Assembly: GCA_964618145.1 (NCBI GenBank)
Contig: CAZTZR010000008.1
Coordinates: 1,743 to 65,742, forward strand
Origin: an uncultured Kofleriaceae bacterium
Lineage (GTDB): Bacteria; Myxococcota_A; Polyangia; HGW-17
Reading direction: 5' to 3'
DNA: 64,000 nt
The position numbers and the translations under genes are program-made. Shown piece after piece: positions 27,680 through 36,131 of this stretch (the stretch's first letter is position 1; each line of letters opens with the position of its first letter). The notes under the pieces were generated by a model. That model was not told the origin of the DNA and ran no database searches. It saw nothing but the letters and a program-made list of their open reading frames with translations.

Positions 27680-29068
27680 ATGTTCAAACCTGATGACAGA
27701 CCCGTGCTCAATATCCAGAAGGACTGGAAGGGTTTTCCGTCGGATCCCATTGAACTGTTGTTGCTGGCCCACATCAACGGACAGAACAGGCTTTCAGATC
27801 TGGCAGTGATCTGTGCCCGGTCGGTTGAGGACACGGCAAAACTCCTGGAAAAACTGTCGTCCCAGGGAGTGGTGCGGGCTTCCGCTCCGGTTGTGCCGGC
27901 TCCTGCGGATGATGACGAAATGCTGGTGGATCGGCGATTTCTGGCATCCATCGGGGAAATCGACACCCGCGTGCTTTCCGAACAGGTGGATCTGGAACCC
28001 CGCCGGAAAGAGGAAATTCTCCTTTTGTACCACAGCCTGTCCCGCCTGACTCCATTCCAGTTGTTCGGAATTCGGGGGGACTGTACGGATCGGGATGTCA
28101 AGCGCGCCTACCAGAAACTGTCCATGCGGTTCCACCCGGACAGGTATTATGGAAAAAATCTGGGGTCCTTCAAAATCATGATGGAAACCATATTTTCCGT
28201 GATTTCCCAGAGTCTGGGCATGGTTTCCAGTGAAGATGCCCGCAGGCGGCTTCAGGGAGCCTATCCGGAAGCCTTCGCACCCGAGAACCCACCCGAAACT
28301 CCTCCGGCCAAGCCCGGGGATTACACGGCTTCCGATGACAGCGCGGAATACCCTGTCAGGCCTTCCCGCACCCACCGTCGTGTAGGGTTGCGCAACCAGA
28401 TTGCCCAGGTGCTTTCCAGGACAAACTCCAACTCCATGGTCTCCGGTGATTCCAGTAATGACGACGATTCCGCACAGGAAGAACTGGTTCTGCCTCCTCC
28501 GGGGGGATACAAGTCCGGCCGGCCGGACCATGCCCTGGCCCGGGCAGCGATGGAGCGGGTGCGACGGGTGCAGGTGCATCTGGAGCAGGGCCAAAAGGCC
28601 ATGGCAGAAGATGCTTTTTCGACGGCGGCTTCCCACTTCAAAACGCTGCTTTCCATTGATCCCAAGCATGAACAGGGTCAGTTTCTGTATCAGGAAGCCG
28701 AAAAGAAAAGCCGGGAAGTATTGGCCAAATCCTATGCGAACCGGGCGCGCATGGAAGAAGACATGGGGGACGCCAGAAGGGCCGCCGAATTGTGGCGGAT
28801 GGCTTCGGACATGATTCCCGGCGTGGAAAACCTGCGGGCAACGGCTTTGATCATGTTGAAAATCCATGATTTCGCCAAGGCCAGGGATTATGCCCAGCGG
28901 GCAGTCCAGATTGAATCCTCCACCGAAAACTGGCTGGTTCTGGCAAGGGTCTATCTGGCTGCGGGAATGGCTCATCGGGCCGAAAGCACGCTCAAGCAGA
29001 TTCTGGAGAAACAGCCAGGGCATCCGGAAGCCCAGCGTTTGTTGCGGGATGCCAAAAAAATGAAATAA
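27680..29068 (+). CDS. J-domain (DnaJ) and TPR protein
   Basis: Start moved to MFKPDD; VKRAYQKLSMRFHPDRYY (HPD motif); C-terminal TPRs (LARVYLAAG..QPGHPEA). Confidence 0.88.
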   Translation: MFKPDDRPVLNIQKDWKGFPSDPIELLLLAHINGQNRLSDLAVICARSVEDTAKLLEKLSSQGVVRASAPVVPAPADDDEMLVDRRFLASIGEIDTRVLSEQVDLEPRRKEEILLLYHSLSRLTPFQLFGIRGDCTDRDVKRAYQKLSMRFHPDRYYGKNLGSFKIMMETIFSVISQSLGMVSSEDARRRLQGAYPEAFAPENPPETPPAKPGDYTASDDSAEYPVRPSRTHRRVGLRNQIAQVLSRTNSNSMVSGDSSNDDDSAQEELVLPPPGGYKSGRPDHALARAAMERVRRVQVHLEQGQKAMAEDAFSTAASHFKTLLSIDPKHEQGQFLYQEAEKKSREVLAKSYANRARMEEDMGDARRAAELWRMASDMIPGVENLRATALIMLKIHDFAKARDYAQRAVQIESSTENWLVLARVYLAAGMAHRAESTLKQILEKQPGHPEAQRLLRDAKKMK

Positions 29069-29192
29069 TCAATCCGGGGTTCAATCATTTTCGATTGACT
29101 TTTTCGGATTTTGACATGAGAATCAACTTTCTTCCACCGGGGCAGTCAAGGCAGGTTGGAAGGAACCCAATTTCCGTATGCAGGAGATTTTC

Positions 29193-31331
29193 ATGGCGGA
29201 ACGTGTAATCGGAATCGATTTGGGAACGACCAATTCATGTGTTGCCATCATGGAAGATGGGCAGGCGAGGGTTATCCCCAACCGTGGCAGCTATGACACC
29301 ACTCCTTCGATCGTGGCCATCGCGGAAACCGGGCGTCGGTTGGTGGGGCATATGGCAAAAAGGCAGGCCATCACCAATGCCGCCAACACTGCCTTTGCTT
29401 TCAAACGCCTGATCGGGCGACCTTTTGACAGTCCGGAAGTCGCTTCCCTGGCCACAACACTTCCCTACAAAATTGTCAGTGGTCCGAATCAGGATATCCG
29501 GATTGAATTGCGCGATTCAAACTACAGCATTTCCGAATTGTCCGCGTTTGTCCTTCAGGAAATGAAAGCGGTGGCTGAGGAGCATCTCAATGAGGAAGTG
29601 ACAAAGGCAGTGGTGACCGTGCCGGCATATTTCGGTGACAGCCAGCGTCAGGCCACCCGGGATGCGGGGAAGATCGCCGGACTCGATGTCATCCGGATCA
29701 TCAATGAACCCACGGCTGCCGCGCTGGCTTACGGTCACGGCAAGGATATCGAACGGAGGGTGGCCATCTTCGATCTCGGGGGCGGTACCTTCGATATCTC
29801 CGTGCTGGACATCGGCAACGGGGTGTTCGAGGTCATCACCACGGCAGGCGACAGTTTGCTCGGTGGCGAGGACTTCGACCGGCGCATCATGGACTGGCTG
29901 GTTTTCAACTTCGCAAAGGAATTCCACATTGACCTGCGCAAGGACAAGATGGCCTTGCAGCGACTCAAGGATGTTTCCGAAAAATCCAAGTGCGATCTTT
30001 CCACGCTGGCAGAAACGGAAATCAGTCTGCCATTCATCACCTCCACCGGCAAGAGCGATCCCTTCCACCTGCAGACCGTGCTGATCAGGGAAAAACTGGA
30101 GCAACTGACGGGAGATTTGGTGGACCGCACCATCCGTATCTGCGATGAAAGCCTGAAGAAGGGAGCGATACTGCTGGATTCCATTGACACCGTCATTCTG
30201 GTGGGTGGAATGACACGCATGCCCCTGGTACAGCAACGGGTGGCGGGTTTCTTCAAGAAGGAGCCCAGCAAGGGGGTTCATCCCGACGAAGTTGTGGCCA
30301 TTGGTGCCGCCATCCAGGGCAACGCGCTTTTGAGTACCTCCGACAGCAGTGAACTTCTTTTGCTGGATGTCACCAGCCACAGCCTGGGCATCAAGATGGC
30401 GGATGGATCGTTCTACAAACTGATAGAGGGCAATACCACGATTCCCACCTCCCACCGGCATGTATTCACCACCGTGCGGGACAACCAGGAGGCGGTGAAC
30501 ATCATTGTGCTGCAGGGGGAGGATGCAAAGGCCGACCTCAATGAAAAACTGGGTGACTTTGTACTGACAGGTCTTCGACGCGCTCCAAAGGGTGAGGTGG
30601 ACATTGAGGTGGATTTCGAGATTGATGCCAATGGCATAGTGAAGGTGACCGCCAGGGATCTGGCGACCGGCCGGGAACAGGCCATCACCATCACGACCCA
30701 GGGAAAACTCAGTGAAGATGAGTTGCATGGCCTGATTGCCAAGAATGCTCCCCAGAGTCTTTTGTCCGGAATTCCCCTGAAGGTTCCCCCGGCTCCGGTT
30801 CCTGTTCCCCCGGTTGCCCCCCCCGCTTCAACGGATAAATCGGGTCCGCATCCTCATTTCATGAACATGGAAACCACCCGCCTGAAACCGGACAGTCTCC
30901 GCAAGGCTTCCACCGGGCGCTTTTCCGTCCCCGCTTCTTCCCCGCTGATCCCCGGCGGAGACGAACCGGGTACGGTTCCCCTGTTGCGTGAAACACCTGA
31001 ACGTCCACGCCGGAACACTCCCACCGTTCCCCTGTCCACCGGAGCGGCTCCGGAGGATGGCGCGGTACGGGTAAGCGTTGCCGGCAGTCCGCAATCCCGG
31101 CTCCACGAACTGGTGGCTGACGTGACAGTGCTTCTGCCTGAAGTGGAAAGACTGATCTCCCATACCTCCTATGGTCCCGAGGCGCTCAAGCGTGCCCGGG
31201 CCAATCTGGAGAGTGCCAGACTTCTTCTGGAACGTTCCGCCAGTTCCACAACAGAACTTTCCCCTGCCATCCAGGATCTGGAACGCACCCACACCATGTT
31301 CCAGAACATCCTGACCCGTCTGAAGGGCTGA
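29193..31331 (+). CDS. dnaK: Hsp70/DnaK paralog with Pro-rich insertion in the lid region
   Basis: Start moved to MAERV (AGGAG SD); IGIDLGTTNS, VTVPAYF, INEPTAAAL, DLGGGTFDIS, LVGGMTRMP, HPDEVVAIGAA. Confidence 0.93.
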   Translation: MAERVIGIDLGTTNSCVAIMEDGQARVIPNRGSYDTTPSIVAIAETGRRLVGHMAKRQAITNAANTAFAFKRLIGRPFDSPEVASLATTLPYKIVSGPNQDIRIELRDSNYSISELSAFVLQEMKAVAEEHLNEEVTKAVVTVPAYFGDSQRQATRDAGKIAGLDVIRIINEPTAAALAYGHGKDIERRVAIFDLGGGTFDISVLDIGNGVFEVITTAGDSLLGGEDFDRRIMDWLVFNFAKEFHIDLRKDKMALQRLKDVSEKSKCDLSTLAETEISLPFITSTGKSDPFHLQTVLIREKLEQLTGDLVDRTIRICDESLKKGAILLDSIDTVILVGGMTRMPLVQQRVAGFFKKEPSKGVHPDEVVAIGAAIQGNALLSTSDSSELLLLDVTSHSLGIKMADGSFYKLIEGNTTIPTSHRHVFTTVRDNQEAVNIIVLQGEDAKADLNEKLGDFVLTGLRRAPKGEVDIEVDFEIDANGIVKVTARDLATGREQAITITTQGKLSEDELHGLIAKNAPQSLLSGIPLKVPPAPVPVPPVAPPASTDKSGPHPHFMNMETTRLKPDSLRKASTGRFSVPASSPLIPGGDEPGTVPLLRETPERPRRNTPTVPLSTGAAPEDGAVRVSVAGSPQSRLHELVADVTVLLPEVERLISHTSYGPEALKRARANLESARLLLERSASSTTELSPAIQDLERTHTMFQNILTRLKG

Positions 31332-31341
31332 GTCGTTCACC

Positions 31342-32154
31342 GTGGACATCCCAGGGGATCAGTATCCCGTTTGTACGCCGGTCTGTTTGGTTCTTGGGGG
31401 TTTTGACCCATCCGGGGGGGCAGGGGTTCTGGTGGATGTCAAGGCACTTCATGACACCGGATCGCGCTCGGTGGTCGTCATTACCGCCAACACGGTGCAG
31501 AACCTTCGCAAGATGACACGGATGGAGCCGACCGATCCGGGTTTTCTCCGGGAGCAACTGGCCCTGCTTTCGGAGGATTTCCGCGTCCATGCCGTCAAGG
31601 TGGGACTGGTGCCCTCATTCTCCCATGCGAAGGTTATTCTGGATTTTTTGCAGTCACTGCCTGCAGATCTGCCTGTTGTGTATGATCCGGTTCTCAGGGC
31701 CAGTGCCGGGTATGACCTGTACAATGGGGATCCGGGGGATTTGCGGGAACTGATCCATGTGTCATCCATTGTGACTCCCAATGTTCCGGAACTGGCTTCG
31801 CTGACCTTTCTGCCGGTGGACACTGTAGAGCAGCGCAGGCTTGCGGCATCCCGCCTGCTGGGATGGGGAGCCAGGGCTGTGCTGGTAAAGGCCGGGCATC
31901 TTTCAGGGGCCGATGCAACGGATGAACTGCTGGTTGGTTCAGGAACGTCAGCAGAACCGCATGTGATCCGCTTTCCCATGCCCCGGCTGGCCATTTTGCC
32001 CACCCGGGGTACAGGGTGTTGTCTGGCCAGCCAGATCTGCGGCTTTCTGGCCTCGGGTCTGTCCATGGAAAGTGCGGTGGGGCGCGCCCGGCTGCTGTTT
32101 CAGGAAAGAATCCAGGCAACATGGAGCCCGTCTGGTGATGTCGCGCTGTTCTGA
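31342..32154 (+). CDS. thiD: Hydroxymethylpyrimidine/phosphomethylpyrimidine kinase family
   Basis: GGFDPSGGAG..D, VKVG, DPVL, TPNVPE, RGTGC. Confidence 0.78.
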   Translation: MDIPGDQYPVCTPVCLVLGGFDPSGGAGVLVDVKALHDTGSRSVVVITANTVQNLRKMTRMEPTDPGFLREQLALLSEDFRVHAVKVGLVPSFSHAKVILDFLQSLPADLPVVYDPVLRASAGYDLYNGDPGDLRELIHVSSIVTPNVPELASLTFLPVDTVEQRRLAASRLLGWGARAVLVKAGHLSGADATDELLVGSGTSAEPHVIRFPMPRLAILPTRGTGCCLASQICGFLASGLSMESAVGRARLLFQERIQATWSPSGDVALF

Positions 32155-32156
32155 AG

Positions 32157-32193
32157 GTCGCCGGATTTCCAGGGACGCCCGCAAAAGGGTGCC
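32157..32193. repeat. Dispersed REP-like hairpin element, copy C
   Basis: GTCGCCG-N8-GGGACGCCCGCAAAAGGGTGCC; same core and same 8-nt spacing as the 62033-62148 array; lies between convergent thiD and kdd. Confidence 0.8.
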
Positions 32194-32226
32194 AGGCAGA
32201 CTCAACGCCCCATGGATTGGCGGAAC

Positions 32227-33276
32227 TTATCCGATATATTTTTTCTCGTAGATTTCGCGGATGTAGGGGCTTTCACGGACAAATTCGAGGGCGATTTTGG
32301 CATGATCGCGGGTGTATCCATTGCCGATGAGCATGGTGACGTCCTTTCCCACGCCTTCGGCGCCCAGGGCGGCCTTGGTGAAGGATGTGGCCATGCTGAA
32401 GAAGTAGACGGTTCCGTCTTCCCGGCAGGGAAGGATGGCTCCCATTTCACAGTCCGGCCTGGACACGCAGGAGATGACCACATCGGCCATCTGACCGCCG
32501 GTAAGTTCCCTGACGTTTTCATACATCGACAGGGCGTCGGTGGCGTCCACCTTGAAGGCGGCATCCAGGAACGGAACGGTCCTGAGCCACTCAAGCCCCT
32601 TGTCGGTGGTGGTCGTGCCCATGATCTGGCCGGTAATGCCGGCAAACTTTTTCGCCACATAGGCGCAGAGAAGACCGCTCTTGCCCGAAGCACCGATGAT
32701 CAGCACACGCTGTCCCGGGCGCACGAGGCGGGCAGTCTGGGCAGGGGCTCCGGCCACGTCGAGGACGGCCAGGGCCAGTTTGTCATCCATGTCATCGGGA
32801 AGTTTGGCCCAGATCCCGGATTCGAAGAGCACTGCCTGGCCGCGGATGTCCACCTGGTCGATGTTCTTGTGGACCTGGAGGATTTCCTCGATTTTGAGCG
32901 GGGTCAGGCTCAGGGAAACCAAAGAAGCGATGCGGTCGCCCTCTTTCAGGTCGATCTTGCCTTGAAGGGCGGAGCCGATGCGGCGGACAGTGCCGATGAA
33001 CATGCCACCGGATCCCGTAACGGGATTCTTGTGTTTGCCGAAACGGCCCACGATGGAAAACATGATCTCCTTGATCTTTTCGACATCGCCGGCAGCCTCG
33101 TCCTTGATCTGGGTAAAACTGGCGCTGTCCACATTGAGTGTTTTGACATCGACGAGGATTTCGTTGTCGTAGAGTTTTTCCATGTCGTTGTCCAGCCTCA
33201 AAGCCGGTTGCGGCAGAACGCCCTGAGGCTCAATCACCCGATGTGTTCCAAAAGGATTTCCATGAAGTTCCTGCAT
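32227..33276 (-). CDS. kdd: L-erythro-3,5-diaminohexanoate dehydrogenase (lysine fermentation)
   Basis: Start moved to MQELHG (AAGGAGG SD); GTHRVIEP.GVLPQPA, LNVDSASF, KNPVTGSGGM, LDVAGAP, IGNGY. Confidence 0.9.
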   Translation of the reverse strand: MQELHGNPFGTHRVIEPQGVLPQPALRLDNDMEKLYDNEILVDVKTLNVDSASFTQIKDEAAGDVEKIKEIMFSIVGRFGKHKNPVTGSGGMFIGTVRRIGSALQGKIDLKEGDRIASLVSLSLTPLKIEEILQVHKNIDQVDIRGQAVLFESGIWAKLPDDMDDKLALAVLDVAGAPAQTARLVRPGQRVLIIGASGKSGLLCAYVAKKFAGITGQIMGTTTTDKGLEWLRTVPFLDAAFKVDATDALSMYENVRELTGGQMADVVISCVSRPDCEMGAILPCREDGTVYFFSMATSFTKAALGAEGVGKDVTMLIGNGYTRDHAKIALEFVRESPYIREIYEKKYIG

Positions 33277-33303
33277 AAAGATTCCTCCTTGTAATGTATG
33301 TTC

Positions 33304-33322
33304 ACCGGTCCCCGGGACCGGT
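33304..33322. other. Perfect inverted repeat between infA and kdd
   Basis: ACCGGTCCC-C-GGGACCGGT; no U-tract on the coding strand, so not called a terminator. Confidence 0.5.
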
Positions 33323-33334
33323 TCGGTGGACCGG

Positions 33335-33553
33335 CTATCTGGGGCGGTAAATGACCCGCCCGCGAGTGGGATCATACGGGGAAACGGCAACGGTCACGCG
33401 ATCTCCCAGGACAACGCGGATCCGGTAGCGCCGCATTTTTCCGGCCAGATGGGCCAACACCATCAAACCATTGTCCGTTTTTACCCGGAACTGGCCTCCG
33501 GCCAGCACTTCTACCACTTCACCTTCCAGTTCAATCTGGTCATCCTTCGACAT
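33335..33553 (-). CDS. infA: Translation initiation factor IF-1
   Basis: Start moved to MSKDDQ: 72 aa MSKDDQIELEGEVVEVL...HLAGKMRRYRIRVVLGDRVTVAVSPYDPTRGRVIYR. Confidence 0.95.
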   Translation of the reverse strand: MSKDDQIELEGEVVEVLAGGQFRVKTDNGLMVLAHLAGKMRRYRIRVVLGDRVTVAVSPYDPTRGRVIYRPR

Positions 33554-33707
33554 GCATACTCCAGAAAAGCCCGGAAAAACCGGGGAAGACACCTGCAGGA
33601 ACTTTTGAGAACACCCGGTTTGGGGAACACGGTCGCCCCGCAGGCAAGTGAATGTACCAATACGGCGATTTTCGTCAAGCACGAGTTTGCATGAATTGTG
33701 TGAAAAT

Positions 33708-34040
33708 TCACACCAACTGGGGTGGGCGTCGGGTTCCCCGGGTGAACCGGATGGACTGGGCGGACAAAATCGAGGGGGAAGATGTCACCGCGGATTCTCT
33801 GGAACCGGCAGGCAGAACGGGTACCCCGGTGGAGATCACGGGAGCCAGGCCCGGGAAATGACCGGTGGCATTGTCGGGTTCGCCTGCAGAATCCGGGTGC
33901 ACTTCCCCGCGGGATATCAGAACCCCGGCCGGGGCCGAAATTCCCAGACGGACCTGTTTGCCACGAATCTCCTTGACCACAATGCGGATATTGTCTCCGA
34001 TGATGATTTCCTGTCCAGGTTTACGTGTCAGTGTCAGCAT
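33708..34040 (-). CDS. csrA: Carbon storage regulator CsrA with C-terminal extension
   Basis: MLTLTRKPGQEIIIGDNIRIVV..IRGKQVRLGISAP..VLISRGEV, then about 60 low-complexity residues. Confidence 0.9.
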   Translation of the reverse strand: MLTLTRKPGQEIIIGDNIRIVVKEIRGKQVRLGISAPAGVLISRGEVHPDSAGEPDNATGHFPGLAPVISTGVPVLPAGSRESAVTSSPSILSAQSIRFTRGTRRPPQLV

Positions 34041-34264
34041 GATTCTTTTCTGTTCCCTTCCGGCCGGGACCGGGATGTTCCGGCAGGAAAGCCGGAGGTG
34101 TCAGCAGAACGAAAGGTATGGAATACTCGCATCCGTGGAAAATTTCCACAGGTTTTTTTCTTTTTTGCAATTTTTCTTGTATTGAATGTGGCCTCGTCCA
34201 TGAGTCCTAAAATAATATATGATTACGAAGTATAAATAAAAAAGGCTTGAAATTCCTATTTCAG

Positions 34265-35911
34265 TCAATCATTTCTGACATAGACGATCAACACGTTGTT
34301 TTCATAACTGGTAGCGACCAATTCATTTTTGCCATCTCCGTTCAAGTCCACGATGTTGGTTCCGCCGGCCTGACCGAATCCGGTCTCAAGAACATGCGTG
34401 TTGAATTTTCCGGGGGAAACCTGCTGCAACCAGAAAAGCCGTTTGTCTCCGTCTCCGGACACCAGCAGGTCGAGATCTCCGTCCCCGTCGATGTCGCCAA
34501 CATCAAATATGCCTGGAGCCGCCTGGGGGGCAAACATGCTGCCGGGGTCCGAGACAATGCCGCAACTGATTTTTACTTTGGGCCAGGATTGGGTCCAGTT
34601 GGAAGTCGGCACGGTGAACACGTAAATGGCGGATTCAGGATCCTGCGGATTGGCGGCAGTGTTGGTATGGTTGGAGCCAACCATGCGCAAGACCCCATCG
34701 CCAAAAAGATTTTCCACGATGCGCCCTTCAATGGATGGGCCCAAGTCATTGGCAATGACGTGCCGTGTCCAGACGCCTGCCGGATTGGTGGATGACGGAG
34801 CAGACACCTGCTGCATCCAGGCGAAGCATCCGTTGGGGTGGAAATACTCCGCACTGACGATATCCATGTCTCCGTCCATGTCCACGTCCCAGAGTTGTGG
34901 CAGACTGCCAAGGCCGGCCCCGATTTCATGGGGTGTCGGGTCAAAGCGCAGGACAGTGTCCGTACCCCGGAACCACTGTGTCACCGCACGGTCGGAACCA
35001 AGGAACCCGGCCTTTTCCTCGCCGACTGTGATCATGTCCATCACACCGTCGCCGTCCAGATCCGTGAACTGGACACCATGGTAGAAAAGGGCCGAGCCAG
35101 GAGCGATCAGGGTATGTTGAACCCATCCTCCAGCAGTGTTTTCAAACCAGATGAGTCCCCCGCAAGGCTGACCGAACCCTCCCATGGTGCAGGCAAGAAA
35201 GCCCAAGGGTACGAAGATGTCCAGATCTCCGTCTCCGTCAATATCATATACAAAAGTCTTGTTCGGAAACTTGATGCCGTCACTTTCCGCAATCACGACA
35301 TCCAGCAGGTCCCATTCAAACACGGAATCACCCATGCCATAAATCTTCACCGTGCCGTTGGGCATCCCCATTCCGGAAATGGTTCCGAAAGAGGAAACAA
35401 TCAGGTTGGGCTTGCCGTCATTGTTGATGTCTGCGACGGTCACGAAGGCGGGACCCTCGATGGTGTCGTCCACCATGACTTTGGTGAAATCAACAGGGGA
35501 TGGCGTCACCGTACAGGTTTCCGTGCAACCGGAAGTGTCAATGACACAGTTGTCAGAGCACGCCAAAGTGCCGCCTTCGAAACCCAGGGAAATGCAGGAG
35601 GTTGTGCCGAAATCCGTGCCGTCGCACTCTTCTCCGGTTTCCCGGATCTGGTTTCCGCAGACAGGATTCTGGTTGTTTGCATTGTTGATGTTGTTGGCGT
35701 TGTTGAGGTTGTTGAGGTTGTTTGTGTTGTTTGTGTTGTTTGTGTTGTTGAGGTTGTTTGCGTTGTTGGTGTTGTTGGTGTTGTTGGCGTTGTTGGTGTT
35801 GTTGGCGTTGTTGGCGTTGTTGGCGTTGTTGGCGTTGTTGGTGCCGGATTTCTTGTCTTCGTCGCAAGCCAGTTGACCAAGACAGATGAGCATGCAGAGC
35901 AGGAACTTCAT
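34265..35911 (-). CDS. Lipoprotein with Asn-rich tract, one Cys-rich repeat and FG-GAP/VCBS repeats
   Basis: Start moved to MKFLLC (GGAGGT SD); lipobox QLAC; (NNX)19; CGNQIRETGEECDG; repeated DxDGDGDLD motifs. Confidence 0.88.
   Translation of the reverse strand: MKFLLCMLICLGQLACDEDKKSGTNNANNANNANNANNTNNANNTNNTNNANNLNNTNNTNNTNNLNNLNNANNINNANNQNPVCGNQIRETGEECDGTDFGTTSCISLGFEGGTLACSDNCVIDTSGCTETCTVTPSPVDFTKVMVDDTIEGPAFVTVADINNDGKPNLIVSSFGTISGMGMPNGTVKIYGMGDSVFEWDLLDVVIAESDGIKFPNKTFVYDIDGDGDLDIFVPLGFLACTMGGFGQPCGGLIWFENTAGGWVQHTLIAPGSALFYHGVQFTDLDGDGVMDMITVGEEKAGFLGSDRAVTQWFRGTDTVLRFDPTPHEIGAGLGSLPQLWDVDMDGDMDIVSAEYFHPNGCFAWMQQVSAPSSTNPAGVWTRHVIANDLGPSIEGRIVENLFGDGVLRMVGSNHTNTAANPQDPESAIYVFTVPTSNWTQSWPKVKISCGIVSDPGSMFAPQAAPGIFDVGDIDGDGDLDLLVSGDGDKRLFWLQQVSPGKFNTHVLETGFGQAGGTNIVDLNGDGKNELVATSYENNVLIVYVRND
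35669..35839 (-). repeat. 9-bp coding tandem repeat (AAC AAC NNN) x19 encoding (Asn-Asn-X)19
   Basis: NNA NNA NNA NNA NNT NNA NNT NNT NNA NNL NNT NNT NNT NNL NNL NNA NNI NNA NNQ. Confidence 0.95.
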
Positions 35912-36131
35912 TTCGATACCTCCATTGGAAAATAATGTTCGGAAAATAACAAACGTTATTTCCTGTGTCGGGCATAACACCACTTCATGGGGATTGCAAC
36001 TACTAAATAACATGCGTTTTGAAAAAGGCGTTTTTCTCCGGGATTGGGCAACTGCACGGGTGTTTTTGGCAAGTTCGGTTTGCATTGAAGAGATTTTCGT
36101 GATAATCCAGCACCCTGAGGAGGCATCTGGA

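Noticed and set aside
29517-30728. 403-aa antisense ORF inside dnaK
   Set aside because: Long antisense ORFs opposite hsp70 genes are a known codon-bias shadow; no independent signal.
34135-34166. Intrinsic terminator for the neighbouring annotated genes
   Set aside because: The U-tract is on the + strand while both flanking genes are on -, so it is kept only within the antisense-RNA/operator hypothesis.
35669-35839. AAC-rich tract as a DGR template repeat
   Set aside because: No reverse transcriptase or avd, and no second copy differing only at adenines; it is an in-frame low-complexity segment.
35886-36131. Extended N-terminus of GlyA from the ORF track (similar over-long starts for S9, DnaJ, kdd, infA, groES, DtxR)
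   Set aside because: Overlaps neighbouring genes or promoter regions; downstream ATGs have SD motifs or match family lengths.
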